Below, piece by piece: positions 36,870 to 48,947 of a stretch of DNA of 64,000 bases. Position numbers and translations under genes: made by a program. How positions within the stretch are numbered: position 1 is the first letter of the stretch; every line of letters starts with the position of its first letter. A model generated the notes under the pieces. That model saw only the letters and a program-made list of their open reading frames with translations. It searched no databases and had not been told where the DNA came from. This stretch comes from Myxococcota bacterium (lineage in GTDB: Bacteria; Myxococcota_A; UBA9160; SMWR01), in assembly GCA_036274295.1 (NCBI GenBank), contig DASUFZ010000291.1, forward strand, positions 3,455 to 67,454, given 5' to 3'.

Positions 36870-37690
36870 CCGGACGCATGCACGCGGGACGGGTCGCGCT
36901 GGTGACGGGCGCGGCCTCCGGAATCGGGCGCGCGACCGCGCGGCTGCTGGCGTCGGAAGGGGCGAAGGTCTGCGTCGCGGACCTCGATCGCGCGGGCGCC
37001 GAGTCCGTCGCGAAGGAGATCGGCGAGGCGGGCGGCGAGGCCTTCGCGTGCGCGGTCGACGTCGCGCGCGAGGCCGACAACACCGCGATGGTCGAGCAGA
37101 CGCTCGGGCGCTACGGCGCGCTGCACGCCGTGCACCTGAACGCCGGCATCGCGCGCTACTCCACGATCGTCGGCGGCGATCTCGCCATCTGGGACCAGGT
37201 CATCGCCGTGAACCTGACCGGCGTCTACCTCGGGCTGCGCGCCGTCGCCGGCGCGATGATCGCGGGCGGCGGCGGCGCCATCGTCGCCACCGCGTCCGTC
37301 GCGGGCCTGACCGGCGGCTCGGGCATGCCGTCCTACTACGCGTCGAAGCACGGCGTCGTCGGGCTCGTGCGCGCTGCCGCGACCGAGCTCGCGCCGCAGA
37401 AGATCCGCGTCAACGCGGTCTGCCCCGGCATCATCGACACCGCCATCCTCGGACCCGGCCACGGCGTCGCCGAGATCACCGACCGGCTCGGCCAGGCGCA
37501 CCTGCTGCGCCGGGTCGGGCAGGCCGAGGAGGTCGCGCAGCTCGTCTCCTTCCTGCTCTCGAACGGCGCGAGCTTCATGACCGGCGGCGCCTACACGGTC
37601 GACGGCGGCATGACGGCGACCTTCGAGCGCGGCGAGCGCGAGCCCGTCGACGAGGCCGCGCTCGAGAAGCTGCTCGGCCCGAGGAGCTGA
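36866..37690 (+). CDS. Short-chain dehydrogenase/reductase
   Basis: TGAASGIG, LNAG, YYASKHG and NAVCPG motifs. Confidence 0.92.
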   Translation: MTGRMHAGRVALVTGAASGIGRATARLLASEGAKVCVADLDRAGAESVAKEIGEAGGEAFACAVDVAREADNTAMVEQTLGRYGALHAVHLNAGIARYSTIVGGDLAIWDQVIAVNLTGVYLGLRAVAGAMIAGGGGAIVATASVAGLTGGSGMPSYYASKHGVVGLVRAAATELAPQKIRVNAVCPGIIDTAILGPGHGVAEITDRLGQAHLLRRVGQAEEVAQLVSFLLSNGASFMTGGAYTVDGGMTATFERGEREPVDEAALEKLLGPRS

Positions 37691-37696
37691 AGCCCC

Positions 37697-39652
<1,956 letters not shown>

Positions 39653-39669
39653 GTTCGGATCCCGTTCGT

Positions 39670-40977
39670 TCAGTGCGAGGCGATCAACGCCTCGAGCTCG
39701 TCGGGATCCTTCGGGATGCCCGCAGTGAGATTCTCGCAGCCGCCCGCGGTGATCACGACGTCGTCCTCGATGCGCGCGCCGATGCCGCGAAAACGCGGAT
39801 CGGCCTGCTCGAGATCCGGCGCGATGTAGATGCCGGGCTCGACGGTGAACACGATGCCGGGCTCGAGCACGCGCGCCGCGCCGCCGACCTTGTAGGCGCC
39901 GACGTCGTGCACGTCGAGGCCGAGCCAATGGCTGGTCGAGTGCATGTAGTACGGGCGATACGCCTCGCGCGCGATCAGCTCCTCGAGGTCGCCCTTCAAC
40001 AGGCCGAGCTCGAGCAGCCCGGCGACGATCTGACGCACGGCTGCGTCGTGGACGTCGGGCAACGTCCTGCCGGGACGGCACTGCGCGAGCGCCGCCTCCT
40101 GTGACGCGAGCACCACTTCGTAGATCGCGCGAGCCGGACCCGTGAAGCGCCCGCCGATCGGGTAGGTGCGCGTCACGTCGGACGCGTAGCCAAGGAGCTC
40201 GCAGCCGGCGTCGACGAGCACGAGCTCCTCCTCGCGGAGCTTCTGGTCGTTGCGCACGTAGTGGAGCACCGTCGCGTTGCTGCCGCCGCCGACGATGCTC
40301 GTGTATGCGGGGCCGCGCGCGCCGCGACGCCGGAATGCGTACTCGATCGCCGCCTCGAGCTCGTACTCGTAGCGGCCCGGGAAGGCGAGCCGCGCCGCGG
40401 ACTCGTGGCCCTCCTTGCTGATGTCCGACGCACGCCGCATCACGTCGAGCTCGGCCGGCTCCTTGAACAGCCGCAGCGCGTGCGTGATCCCGCGCGGGTC
40501 GACGATCGCGTCGGCCGGGTCGACGCCCAGGCGCGAGCGCATGCGCAGCATCTCGAGCGTCTCGGTGATCTTCGCGTCGACGGCGGCGTCGCGGCCGAGC
40601 ACGTGGAAGATGCGCCGCGCGCCCCGGATCAGGTCCGGCAGCTTGCTCAGGAACTCGCCGATCGGGGACGCCTCGTCGGCGTCGAAGTCGCGCTTCGCGC
40701 CGTCGACGCCGGGGCGGTAGCCGTTCCAGGTCTCCATCTCGCGGTCGCGCGGCTCGACGAAGAGCGTGTAGGCGGGACCCCCGTCGGTGCGCAGCACCGC
40801 GACCGCGTTCGGGTGATCGAAGCCGGTCAGGTACCAGAAATCGCTGTCCTGCCGGAACGGGTAGTCGGTGTCGCGGGAGCGGGTGACGTGGCGGGCGCCA
40901 AGAAAGATGGCGACCGCCTCGGGTCCCATCGCATCGCGCACGCGCTGGCGCCGCTCGGCGTACACGCGCGGCAGCAT
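39670..40977 (-). CDS. pepP: Xaa-Pro aminopeptidase
   Basis: [43 protein letters not shown] and RIEDD motifs. Confidence 0.95.
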   Translation of the reverse strand: MLPRVYAERRQRVRDAMGPEAVAIFLGARHVTRSRDTDYPFRQDSDFWYLTGFDHPNAVAVLRTDGGPAYTLFVEPRDREMETWNGYRPGVDGAKRDFDADEASPIGEFLSKLPDLIRGARRIFHVLGRDAAVDAKITETLEMLRMRSRLGVDPADAIVDPRGITHALRLFKEPAELDVMRRASDISKEGHESAARLAFPGRYEYELEAAIEYAFRRRGARGPAYTSIVGGGSNATVLHYVRNDQKLREEELVLVDAGCELLGYASDVTRTYPIGGRFTGPARAIYEVVLASQEAALAQCRPGRTLPDVHDAAVRQIVAGLLELGLLKGDLEELIAREAYRPYYMHSTSHWLGLDVHDVGAYKVGGAARVLEPGIVFTVEPGIYIAPDLEQADPRFRGIGARIEDDVVITAGGCENLTAGIPKDPDELEALIASH

Positions 40978-41174
40978 AACTTCGCGCAGCCACTTTGCCG
41001 GGGTCCGAGCGGCCTTCGTTCCTGCCGCCGCCTCGTGCGGCACCGCCATCGCGGGGTGCGTCGGACTCAAGCCGCAGGAATCACGGGGGTTTCTCTTCAG
41101 GCCTGCGATGGGGTCGGCACGATCACGCCGGCGAGCGCCGCTTCGAGCGGCACTCGCACCTCGAACGCGCTCGA

Positions 41175-41358
41175 AGAAAAGCGCTGCTTCCGCGCGGGCT
41201 TCACTCACCGCTTCCGACAGATCGACCCTGGCACGCTTCGTGCTCTAGGGACCGCCCATGTCGAGCTGGTACGAGTCGGTCGAACGGAAGCGGGCGCGCA
41301 CGTTCGATCAAGCTCGAACCAGGGAGTCGCACCGAAGCTGCAACAAGGCGCTTTCCCC
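41175..41358 (-). ncRNA. Candidate 6S-like RNA (long interrupted rod with central bubble)
   Basis: Nested pairings AAAGCGC/GCGCTTT, GCTTC/GAAGC, CCCTGG/CCAGGG and CGCCC/GGGCG around a ~21-nt central bubble. About 180 nt, non-coding. Strand inferred. Confidence 0.45.
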
Positions 41359-41404
41359 AGAACGGCACCCCGCCTAGCTCGGGGCTCTCCCAGGTCCAGA
41401 TCGA

Positions 41405-41448
41405 ATCATCCCCTCGCGTTGGACGGTCCACGCGGGGGGATGGTCTTT
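41405..41448. terminator. Long stem-loop just downstream of rnd
   Basis: ATCATCCCCTCGCGT(T)GGA-CGG-TCCACGCGGGGGGATGGT, followed by CTTTT on the + strand. Confidence 0.6.
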
Positions 41449-41467
41449 TGGGGGTCCGGCTCCGAGA

Positions 41468-42643
41468 TCAGTCCTCGCGCGGAGCCGAATCCACCGGCGC
41501 CAGAGCGGCGGCCACCTCCGCGCCGAACTCGCGCGCGAACCAGCGCTTCAGGTCGGTCTGCGCGTCGAGATCGCGCGCGCCGTGCGGCGTGCGCACGGCG
41601 ATGCTCTCGAGCGTGGAATTCGGACACAGGACGCCGGGATCCATCGCCAGCTCGCTTGCGCGGCGCGTGCGCCACTGCTTCAGCGCGATCAGGCGCCGCT
41701 CGGCATGCCGGTCCATGCGCCGCCGTCCGCTGCCGGCGAGCTTCGGGATGGGTCCGTGGTCCGACGCGCGACCCGTGCGGATCGCCTCGAGCGCGTCGCG
41801 GCCGAGCCGCCGGATCAGCAGGTCGGTGATCCCCTTGATCTCCGCGAGCTCGCCCAGCTTGCGCGGCTGCCGCTCCGCGAGATCGAGCAGGGTGCGGTTG
41901 CCGAGCACCTTGAAGGGCGGCCGGTCCATCTCGCGCGCCTTCTGATCGCGCATGAGGTACAGCGCTCGCAGCACCGAGAGCCCGCTGCCGTCGAGCTTGC
42001 GCGCGCCCTTGATGCGCAGGTAGCCGAGCTCGTCGAACTCGCGCTCGCGCCAGACCCTGCGCTCGAGCGCCTCGAACTCCTCCTGGGCCCACGACTCGCG
42101 CCGCACCCGCTTGAGGTCCTTGGCGAGGATCTCGGCCAGCGGGATCAGGTAGAGCACGTCCGCGGCCGCGTAGCTCAACTGGCTCTGCGTCAGGGGCCGC
42201 GTCGACCAGTCGGAGCGCTGCTCGTCCTTCGGCAGGTTCACGTCGAAGTGCTGCTCGGTGAGGCTCGAGAGGCCGACGGACGAGTAGCCGAGGACCTGCG
42301 CGCTGATCATCGTGTCGAAGAGATTCGCGAAGCGGAAGCCGCAGTCGCGCTTCAACACGAAGAGGTCGTACTCCGCCGCGTGGAAGATCTTGCGGATCTC
42401 CGGCGACGCGAAGATCGGGCCGAGCGGCGCCAGCTCCGACGGACCGCCGAGCGCGAGCGGATCGACCAGGTAGATCTGACGGCGCGTGCCGATCTGGACC
42501 AGACAGGTCTTGTCGAAGTAGTGATAGAAGCTGTCGGCCTCGGTATCGACCGCGATCACCTTCTCGGCGAGCAGGTCGTGAGCGAGCGCATCGAGATCCG
42601 CTCGGGTCTCGATCCTCTCGAAGTCGGCCAATCGCGCCCTCAA
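41468..42643 (-). CDS. rnd: Ribonuclease D (DEDD 3'-5' exonuclease + HRDC)
   Basis: IAVDTE, CLVQI, KIFHAAEYD, FDT, SDWSTRPL, YAAADV and an HRDC region DRPPFKV. Confidence 0.93.
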   Translation of the reverse strand: MRARLADFERIETRADLDALAHDLLAEKVIAVDTEADSFYHYFDKTCLVQIGTRRQIYLVDPLALGGPSELAPLGPIFASPEIRKIFHAAEYDLFVLKRDCGFRFANLFDTMISAQVLGYSSVGLSSLTEQHFDVNLPKDEQRSDWSTRPLTQSQLSYAAADVLYLIPLAEILAKDLKRVRRESWAQEEFEALERRVWREREFDELGYLRIKGARKLDGSGLSVLRALYLMRDQKAREMDRPPFKVLGNRTLLDLAERQPRKLGELAEIKGITDLLIRRLGRDALEAIRTGRASDHGPIPKLAGSGRRRMDRHAERRLIALKQWRTRRASELAMDPGVLCPNSTLESIAVRTPHGARDLDAQTDLKRWFAREFGAEVAAALAPVDSAPRED

Positions 42644-42810
42644 CGGAAGTTTCTGTCTCGCCCAGGAGATCAGCCGGGGGGCGGGTTGGACCCCCCGTAG
42701 TTTGCGGGGGCCGGTGCCGAGGAGGGTCGGGACGGCGCCGGGGCCGCACTCTAGCCGAGCCCTTCGCGGGCCGAAAGCGCGGCCACGTCATAACTTGCTC
42801 TTCACCCACC

Positions 42811-43959
42811 ATGACCCGCGCCGGACTGGGACTCTCGAGCCGTGAGGACGCGCGTGAGGCGGCCGAGGAGGCCGTCGCCGCGGCGCTCGAGACCGGTCTG
42901 CGCGCGGACGGGGCCGTCCTGCTCGCGACGCCCGCCTACGGCTCGGACATGGAGGCCCTGCTCGCGGCCGCCGGCGACGCGCTCGGCACACAGACGGTCG
43001 TCGGAGCCCACGTCCATGGCGTCCTCGGCTCGGGCCAGGAGATCGAGGGTGGGCACGGGCTGGCCGTGCTGGCCATCGAAGGCCTCGAGCTCCATGGCTT
43101 CCTGCTCGAGGCCGGCCTCGGCGACGAGATCGGCGTCGCCGAGGAGATCGCCGCGCGCCTCGGCAACGCGCCGCGCCCGGAGGACCTCGTCGTGCTCTTC
43201 CCCGACCCGCGCGCGGTCCACCTGCACGCGCTGCTGGACGGCATCCGCAAGGAGCTCGGCCCCGCGCAGATCGTCGGAGCCGGCGCCGCGACGCTCGATG
43301 CCAGCGGACCCCTGCAGTGGTGCGGCCGCGAGGCGGCGACCGGCGCCGTCTCGGGTCTCGTGCTGCGCGGCGCGCGCGTGCCGCGCGTCGGCGTGACCCA
43401 GGCATGCAGGCCCTCGTCGCCGCTGCTGACCGTCACGCGCACGCAGGGGCACTGGATCCTGGAGCTCGACGGGCGCCCCGCGCTCGACGTCTACCGCGAG
43501 GTCGCGCGCGGCCCGCTGGCGGAGGACCTGCGCCGCGCGGCCGCCTTCGTGCTCGCGGCGCTGCCGCGCGACCCGGAGAGCCCCCTCGCTCCCGGGAACT
43601 ACCTCGTCCGCAACGTCGCCGGCTTCGCCCTGGAGGAGCGCGCCCTCGCGATCCCCGAGGCCCTCGCGCCGGGCGACCGCGTCGCCTTCGTGCACCGCGA
43701 TCCCGCCGCCGCCCGCGAGGACCTGAAGGCGATGCTGGCGCAGCTGCGCGAGCCGCAGCCGGCTTTCGGCGTCTACTTCGACTGCTGCGCGCGCGGCTCC
43801 TCCTTCTTCGGCGTGCCCGGCCTGGAGGCCGCGTACCTGGAGGAGAGCTTCGGGCGCGTGCCCGTCGCGGGGCTCTTCGGCTCCTGCGAGATCGGGCCGG
43901 TCGCCGGCCGCCCCGAGCTGCTGACGTACACGGGCGTGCTGGCTCTGGTAGACAGCTAG
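42811..43959 (+). CDS. FIST N/C-domain signal-transduction protein
   Basis: GVTQACRP, ILELDGRPAL, YLVRNV, CCARG and GLFGSCEIGP…YTGVL motifs. Confidence 0.88.
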   Translation: MTRAGLGLSSREDAREAAEEAVAAALETGLRADGAVLLATPAYGSDMEALLAAAGDALGTQTVVGAHVHGVLGSGQEIEGGHGLAVLAIEGLELHGFLLEAGLGDEIGVAEEIAARLGNAPRPEDLVVLFPDPRAVHLHALLDGIRKELGPAQIVGAGAATLDASGPLQWCGREAATGAVSGLVLRGARVPRVGVTQACRPSSPLLTVTRTQGHWILELDGRPALDVYREVARGPLAEDLRRAAAFVLAALPRDPESPLAPGNYLVRNVAGFALEERALAIPEALAPGDRVAFVHRDPAAAREDLKAMLAQLREPQPAFGVYFDCCARGSSFFGVPGLEAAYLEESFGRVPVAGLFGSCEIGPVAGRPELLTYTGVLALVDS

Positions 43960-44019
43960 TTCTGATCTCCGCTCGCCTGCGGCTCTCTTGAAGCCAGCTC
44001 CTCGTGCGTGGTAGCGTGC

Positions 44020-44056
44020 GTTCCATATAAACGAATCGTGTTCCATATATCGGAAC
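44020..44056. promoter_or_regulatory. Tandem IclR-type operator sites
   Basis: GTTCCATATAaacGAAT (44020-44036) and the palindrome GTTCC-ATATATC-GGAAC (44040-44056), 20 bp apart, directly upstream of the IclR gene. Confidence 0.65.
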
Positions 44057-44070
44057 AACGGAGCGCCGCG

Positions 44071-44832
44071 ATGGAAGCCCTCACCAGCGTCGAGAAGGCC
44101 GTCGACGTGCTGTTCGCCCTGCACGGCGCGCCGGCATCGCTCGGTGTCACCGCGCTCGGCCAGGAGCTCGGCCTGCCGAAGTCGAGCGCGCACCGCCTGC
44201 TCGCGACCCTGACCCGCCGCGGGCTCGTCGAGCGCGACGCCAGCGGGCGCTACCAGCCGGGCATTGCGCTGGTGGCGCTCGGTCTCGGCGCGCTCGAGCG
44301 CGAGCCGCTGGTCGCGCTGGCGCGCCCGACGCTCGAGCAGGAGGCGGACGTCCTCGGCGAGACCGTCTTCCTGGTCGGGGCGCGCGCCGGACGCCTCTAC
44401 GTGCTCGACAAGGCGGAGGGGACGGGCTTCCTGCGCGCGGCGCCGCGCGTCGGTGAGGCGGTGCCGGTGCACGCGACGGCCGTCGGCAAGCTCTTTCTCG
44501 CCTTCGCGCCGGCGCGGGTCGCGCTGCCGTCTGGCGCGCTGCAGCGCTTCACGCCGCGGACCCTCGCGAGCCGCCGCGCGCTCGAGCGCGCGGTGGAGAC
44601 GGCGCGCGCACAGGGCTACGCGGAGAACCGCGACGAGTGGATCCCCGGCATGTCGGTCGTGGCGGCGCCGATCCTCTCGCGAGGCGAGATGCGCGGCGCG
44701 GTCGTCGTCGCGGCGCCGAGCGCGCGCCTCGAGGAGATCGGCCGCGAGCAGACCGCGCGGCGCATGCGCGCCGCGGCGGCGCGAATCGACGCGCGCCTCG
44801 AGGGCCGCGCGCAGCAGGAGGACGAGCGATGA
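44071..44832 (+). CDS. IclR-family transcriptional regulator
   Basis: SVEKAVDVL, GLPKSSAHRLLATL, HATAVGK and GYAENRDE…VAAPI motifs. Confidence 0.93.
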   Translation: MEALTSVEKAVDVLFALHGAPASLGVTALGQELGLPKSSAHRLLATLTRRGLVERDASGRYQPGIALVALGLGALEREPLVALARPTLEQEADVLGETVFLVGARAGRLYVLDKAEGTGFLRAAPRVGEAVPVHATAVGKLFLAFAPARVALPSGALQRFTPRTLASRRALERAVETARAQGYAENRDEWIPGMSVVAAPILSRGEMRGAVVVAAPSARLEEIGREQTARRMRAAAARIDARLEGRAQQEDER

Positions 44833-45716
44833 GCGACCCGCGTTCCGGCGTGGTGTGGATCGACGGGCGCGTGGTCGACGTGAAGGACGCGCGCATCTCC
44901 ATCCTCGACCACGGCCTGCTCTACGGCGACGGCCTCTTCGAGGGCATGCGCGTCTACGGCGGCCGCGTGTTCCGCCTCGACCGCCACCTGGCGCGCCTCG
45001 CCGCGGGCGCGCGCGCGCTGTCGCTCGCGCTGCCGGGCGGCACCGACGCGTTGCGCGAGATCGTGCTGGCGACGGCGCGCGCGCACGGCGGCGCAGAGGC
45101 CTACATCCGCCTGATCGTCACGCGCGGCGAGGGCGCGCTCGGCGTAGACCCGACGAGCTGCCCGCACCCGCGCATCCTCTGCCTCGTCGATCGCGTGTCG
45201 ATCTATCCGGAGGAGAAGGTCGGCGCGGGCATCGATCTCGTCACGGCGAGCCTGCGGCGTCCGCCGCCCGACGTGCTCGACCCGCGCGTCAAGAGCCTCA
45301 ACTACCTGAACAACGCGCTCGCCAAGGGCGAGGCGCGCCGCCAGGGCGCCGACGACGCGCTGCTCCTGAACCGCGAGGGGCAGGTCGCCGAGGCCGCCGT
45401 CGCCAACGTCTTCGTCGTCCGCGAAGGCGCGCTCTGGACGCCGCCCGGCAGCGACGGCGCGCTCGAGGGCATCAATCGCGCGACCGTGCTCGAGCTCGCG
45501 CGCGAGCTCGGCATCGCGACGGCGGAGCGCTCGCTCGGGCGCTTCGACCTCTTCGCGGCGGAGGAGGTCTTCCTGACGGGAAGCGGCGTCGGCGGGCTCG
45601 TGCCCGTGCGCTCGCTCGATCGCGAGCCGGTCGGCGCGGGTCCGGGCCCCGTGTTCCGGCGCCTGCGCGCCGCATTCGAGGCGTGCAAGCCGAGGCTCGG
45701 CGTCTCGGTCTCCTGA
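44829..45716 (+). CDS. ilvE: Branched-chain amino acid aminotransferase (class IV)
   Basis: DHGLLYGDGLFEG, YIRLIVTRG, KSLNYLNN, LEGINR and EVFLTG motifs. Confidence 0.88.
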   Translation: MSDPRSGVVWIDGRVVDVKDARISILDHGLLYGDGLFEGMRVYGGRVFRLDRHLARLAAGARALSLALPGGTDALREIVLATARAHGGAEAYIRLIVTRGEGALGVDPTSCPHPRILCLVDRVSIYPEEKVGAGIDLVTASLRRPPPDVLDPRVKSLNYLNNALAKGEARRQGADDALLLNREGQVAEAAVANVFVVREGALWTPPGSDGALEGINRATVLELARELGIATAERSLGRFDLFAAEEVFLTGSGVGGLVPVRSLDREPVGAGPGPVFRRLRAAFEACKPRLGVSVS

Positions 45717-45754
45717 TCCTCGTGGTACCGTCCCCCGACTTCCGGGGGTTCCGA

Positions 45755-47482
45755 GTGCGCTGGAGCGAGTCCTTCTTCCCGACCCTGCGCGACGATCCGG
45801 CCGACGCAGAGGCGGTGAGCCACAAGCTGCTCGTGCGCGCCGGCTTCGCGCGGCAGCTGATGTCGGGCGCGTACTCGCTGCTGCCGCTCGGACAGCGCGT
45901 GTGGCTGAAGATCGTCGCGATCGTGCGGCGCGAGATGGACGGGATCGGCGCGCAGGAGTTCCGGCTGCCGGCCCTGCACCCGGCCGAGATCTGGCAGCGC
46001 TCGGGCCGCTGGTCGTCCGTCGGCGACGAGATGTTCCGCCTGAAGGACCGCCGCGGCGCGGACGTCGCGCTCGGCATGACCCACGAGGAGATCTTCGCGA
46101 CGCTCGCGGCCGAGCTGAAGAGCTACAAGCAGCTGCCGCAGATCTGGTACCAGATCCAGACGAAGTTCCGCGACGAGCCCCGCCCCAAGGCGGGCCTGCT
46201 GCGCGTGCGCGAGTTCACCATGAAGGACTCGTATTCCTTCGATCTCGACGCGGACGGGCTCGACCGCGCCTTCCAGCGACACTTCGAGGCGTACCGGCGC
46301 ATCTTCCTGCGCTGCGGGCTCGACACGCTCGCCGTAGAGGCCTCGGTCGGTGCCATGGGCGGCTCGGCGTCGATCGAGTTCATGGTGCCGTCGCCCGCCG
46401 GCGAGGACCGCATCGCCTGCTGCTCGTCCTGCGGCTACGCGGCCAACGTCGAGAAGGCGACCTCCGCGCTCGCCGCCGTGGAGGATGGCCCCGGCCTCGC
46501 GGCGCCCGAGGCGTTCGCGACGCCCGGCGTCCGCACGATCGAGGCGCTGACCCGTTTCGAAGGCGGCGCGCCCGCGGACCGCCAGATCAAGACGCTCGTC
46601 TACGTGCTCGACGGCAAGACCACCCTGGTGCTGCTGCGCGGCGACCACGCGCTCTCCGAGCAGAAGCTCCTCGACGGCAGCGGCGCGCGCGAGCTGCGTC
46701 CCGCGAGCGAGGCGGAGATCCGTGCCGCGCTCGGCGCGGGGCCCGGCAGCCTCGGCGGCGTCGGCGTGCAGGAGCACGAGATCCTGGCGGACCCGGCGCT
46801 CGAGGGCCGACGCGGCATGGTGACGGGCGCGAATTCCGACGACCGCCACTTGCGCGGCGTCGACGTCGCTCGCGATATCCGCGTCGCGCGCTGGCTCGAT
46901 CTGCGCGAGGTGCGCGAGGGCGAGCCCTGCCCCATGTGCGACACGCCGCTCAAGATCGAGGTGTCGATCGAGGTCGGGCACATCTTCAAGCTCGGCACGC
47001 GCTACAGCGAAGCGCTCGGGGCGATGGTGCTCGACGAGTCCGGCGCGTCGCGCCCGATCGTGATGGGCTCGTACGGCATCGGCGTCGAGCGCGCGATGGC
47101 CGCGGTGGTCGAGCGCTGCCACGACAAGGACGGCATCGTGTGGCCGCTCTCGATCGCGCCGTTCGAGGCCGTCGTCACGGTGGTGAATCCGAAGCAGCCG
47201 GCCACCAGCGACGCCGGCGGCGACATCTACGACGCGCTGAAACAGCAGGGCATCGACGTCCTGCTCGACGACCGCGACGAGCGGCCCGGCGTGAAGTTCA
47301 AGGACGCCGACCTGATCGGCATCCCCTACCGCGTGACGGTCGGCCCGAAGGGGCTCGAAGAGGGCAAGGTCGAGATCACGCGCCGCAAGACGCGCGCCTC
47401 GCACAGCGTCGACGTCCGCAAGGCCGCAGAGGCGGTCGCCGAGTCGGTGCTCGAGGAGCGCTCGTTCTCGCCGGGGAGGTAG
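45755..47482 (+). CDS. proS: Proline--tRNA ligase (with INS editing domain)
   Basis: SHKLLVRAG, THEE, YQIQTKFRDEPRP, REFTMKDSYSF, EVGHIFKLG and MGSYGIG motifs. Confidence 0.97.
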   Translation: MRWSESFFPTLRDDPADAEAVSHKLLVRAGFARQLMSGAYSLLPLGQRVWLKIVAIVRREMDGIGAQEFRLPALHPAEIWQRSGRWSSVGDEMFRLKDRRGADVALGMTHEEIFATLAAELKSYKQLPQIWYQIQTKFRDEPRPKAGLLRVREFTMKDSYSFDLDADGLDRAFQRHFEAYRRIFLRCGLDTLAVEASVGAMGGSASIEFMVPSPAGEDRIACCSSCGYAANVEKATSALAAVEDGPGLAAPEAFATPGVRTIEALTRFEGGAPADRQIKTLVYVLDGKTTLVLLRGDHALSEQKLLDGSGARELRPASEAEIRAALGAGPGSLGGVGVQEHEILADPALEGRRGMVTGANSDDRHLRGVDVARDIRVARWLDLREVREGEPCPMCDTPLKIEVSIEVGHIFKLGTRYSEALGAMVLDESGASRPIVMGSYGIGVERAMAAVVERCHDKDGIVWPLSIAPFEAVVTVVNPKQPATSDAGGDIYDALKQQGIDVLLDDRDERPGVKFKDADLIGIPYRVTVGPKGLEEGKVEITRRKTRASHSVDVRKAAEAVAESVLEERSFSPGR

Positions 47483-47490
47483 CGCCGCGC

Positions 47491-47994
47491 ATGGCGCTGC
47501 ACGCCGCGCATCGCCGCCTCCTGATCCTCGACAACGGCGTCGGCTCGGCGGTCTTCAACTTCCTGCTGAACGGCCTGATCGCGTGGCTGCTCTTCCGCAC
47601 GGCCACGGCCGTCCCGCTCTGGGGCGAGAACAGCGTCGCCGCCGACACCCTGATCACGGCGTTCCTGCTGCCGTTCCTCACCTGCCTGATCGTCAGCCGC
47701 ACGGTCGAGCGCCGCGTGACACAGGGACACGTCCCGCGGCTCGCCGCCGCGGAGATGCCGCCCGGCGCGTGGCCGCACCGCTCGACCCTGGCGCGGAGCG
47801 TCTTTCTCGGCGCGGCCGGAGTGCTGCTCGCCGCCGTGCCGGTCGTCGCGCTGCTCAGCGTCTCGGGCTTCTCCGGCTTCGCCGGCGTCTGGCCCTTCGT
47901 CGGGTTCAAGGCGACGTTCGCCGCGCTGCTCGCGGCGGTCGTGACGCCGCTGATCGGCTGGTGGGCGCTGGTGCGCGCGTCGCGGACGCCCTAG
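47491..47994 (+). CDS. Hypothetical membrane protein
   Basis: Four hydrophobic segments and typical codon usage. Confidence 0.7.
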   Translation: MALHAAHRRLLILDNGVGSAVFNFLLNGLIAWLLFRTATAVPLWGENSVAADTLITAFLLPFLTCLIVSRTVERRVTQGHVPRLAAAEMPPGAWPHRSTLARSVFLGAAGVLLAAVPVVALLSVSGFSGFAGVWPFVGFKATFAALLAAVVTPLIGWWALVRASRTP

Positions 47995-48947
47995 CTGAAG
48001 AGATCGCGGTTCGCGCGGCGCAGGAAGCAGAGCCCGATCGCCGCGTTGAACAGGATGAAGAAGTTGTGCTGCACGAGGCCGAAGGCCGTCAGCTCCGCCT
48101 TGTGCTCCGGGTAGAGCAGCGGCCACATCGCGACGGCGACGGCGCGGAAGGGCCCCGGCACGGCGGCGCCGAAGAAGATGATGGGGAGATAGCCGAGCAG
48201 CTCGCCGTAGCTCGCATCCACGCCGAACAGGCGCAAGGCGTGCGTGTAGACGAAGACGGCCGCGATCAGCGCCGGCGAGCGCAGCAGGATCACGACGAGG
48301 TACTGCCACCAGCGCGCCTGGCGGAACGCGTGGAAGATCTGGCGATCGCGCAGCGCAACGCTCGGCGCGAGCGCGCCGCGGAAGAACGCGACCCAGCCGG
48401 CGAAGAAGACCGCGGCGCCGAGCGCGATCTGCGGGAGCCAGTGGAAGACCGCCGGCACGCGCTCCCACTGGAGCCAGGTGCCGAGCGTCCCCCAGCCGAG
48501 CAGGTAGTAGAACTCGCAGAACATGATGAAGAGCATGCTCGACGCGACCTGCCAGCCCGGCACGCCGTCGCGCCGGTTCAGGTACATGGCCATCGCGCCC
48601 TTGCCGACCTGCTCGTTCAGGATCGAGATGATGTACGCGGAGGCGCGGATCGGCAGGATGCTCGCGTACGACACGCGCGTGTTGAACCACGTCACCACGC
48701 GCCACACGACCAGCGAGTCGATCAGGAAGAACAGGGCCGAGTACGGGACCATCAGCGCGAGCCAGCGCAGCCAGTCGACGTTGCCGAACACGTGCGCCAG
48801 CAGGCCCAGCGCGCTCTGGCCCTGGCGCCCCGCCTGGCGGTCGATCTGGAAGTAGAGGTAGGTGAAACACACGAACGTGACGAGCCAGGGCAGCGCGCGC
48901 TGCCACGCCGGCACGATGCGCGGCGCAGCGGTTTCCTGAGCGGTCAT
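47991..48947 (-). CDS. Lysylphosphatidylglycerol-synthase-TM/flippase-like membrane protein
   Basis: Multiple TMs, IRASAYIISILNEQVGKG and AAVPG. GGAGG RBS. Confidence 0.6.
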   Translation of the reverse strand: MTAQETAAPRIVPAWQRALPWLVTFVCFTYLYFQIDRQAGRQGQSALGLLAHVFGNVDWLRWLALMVPYSALFFLIDSLVVWRVVTWFNTRVSYASILPIRASAYIISILNEQVGKGAMAMYLNRRDGVPGWQVASSMLFIMFCEFYYLLGWGTLGTWLQWERVPAVFHWLPQIALGAAVFFAGWVAFFRGALAPSVALRDRQIFHAFRQARWWQYLVVILLRSPALIAAVFVYTHALRLFGVDASYGELLGYLPIIFFGAAVPGPFRAVAVAMWPLLYPEHKAELTAFGLVQHNFFILFNAAIGLCFLRRANRDLFS

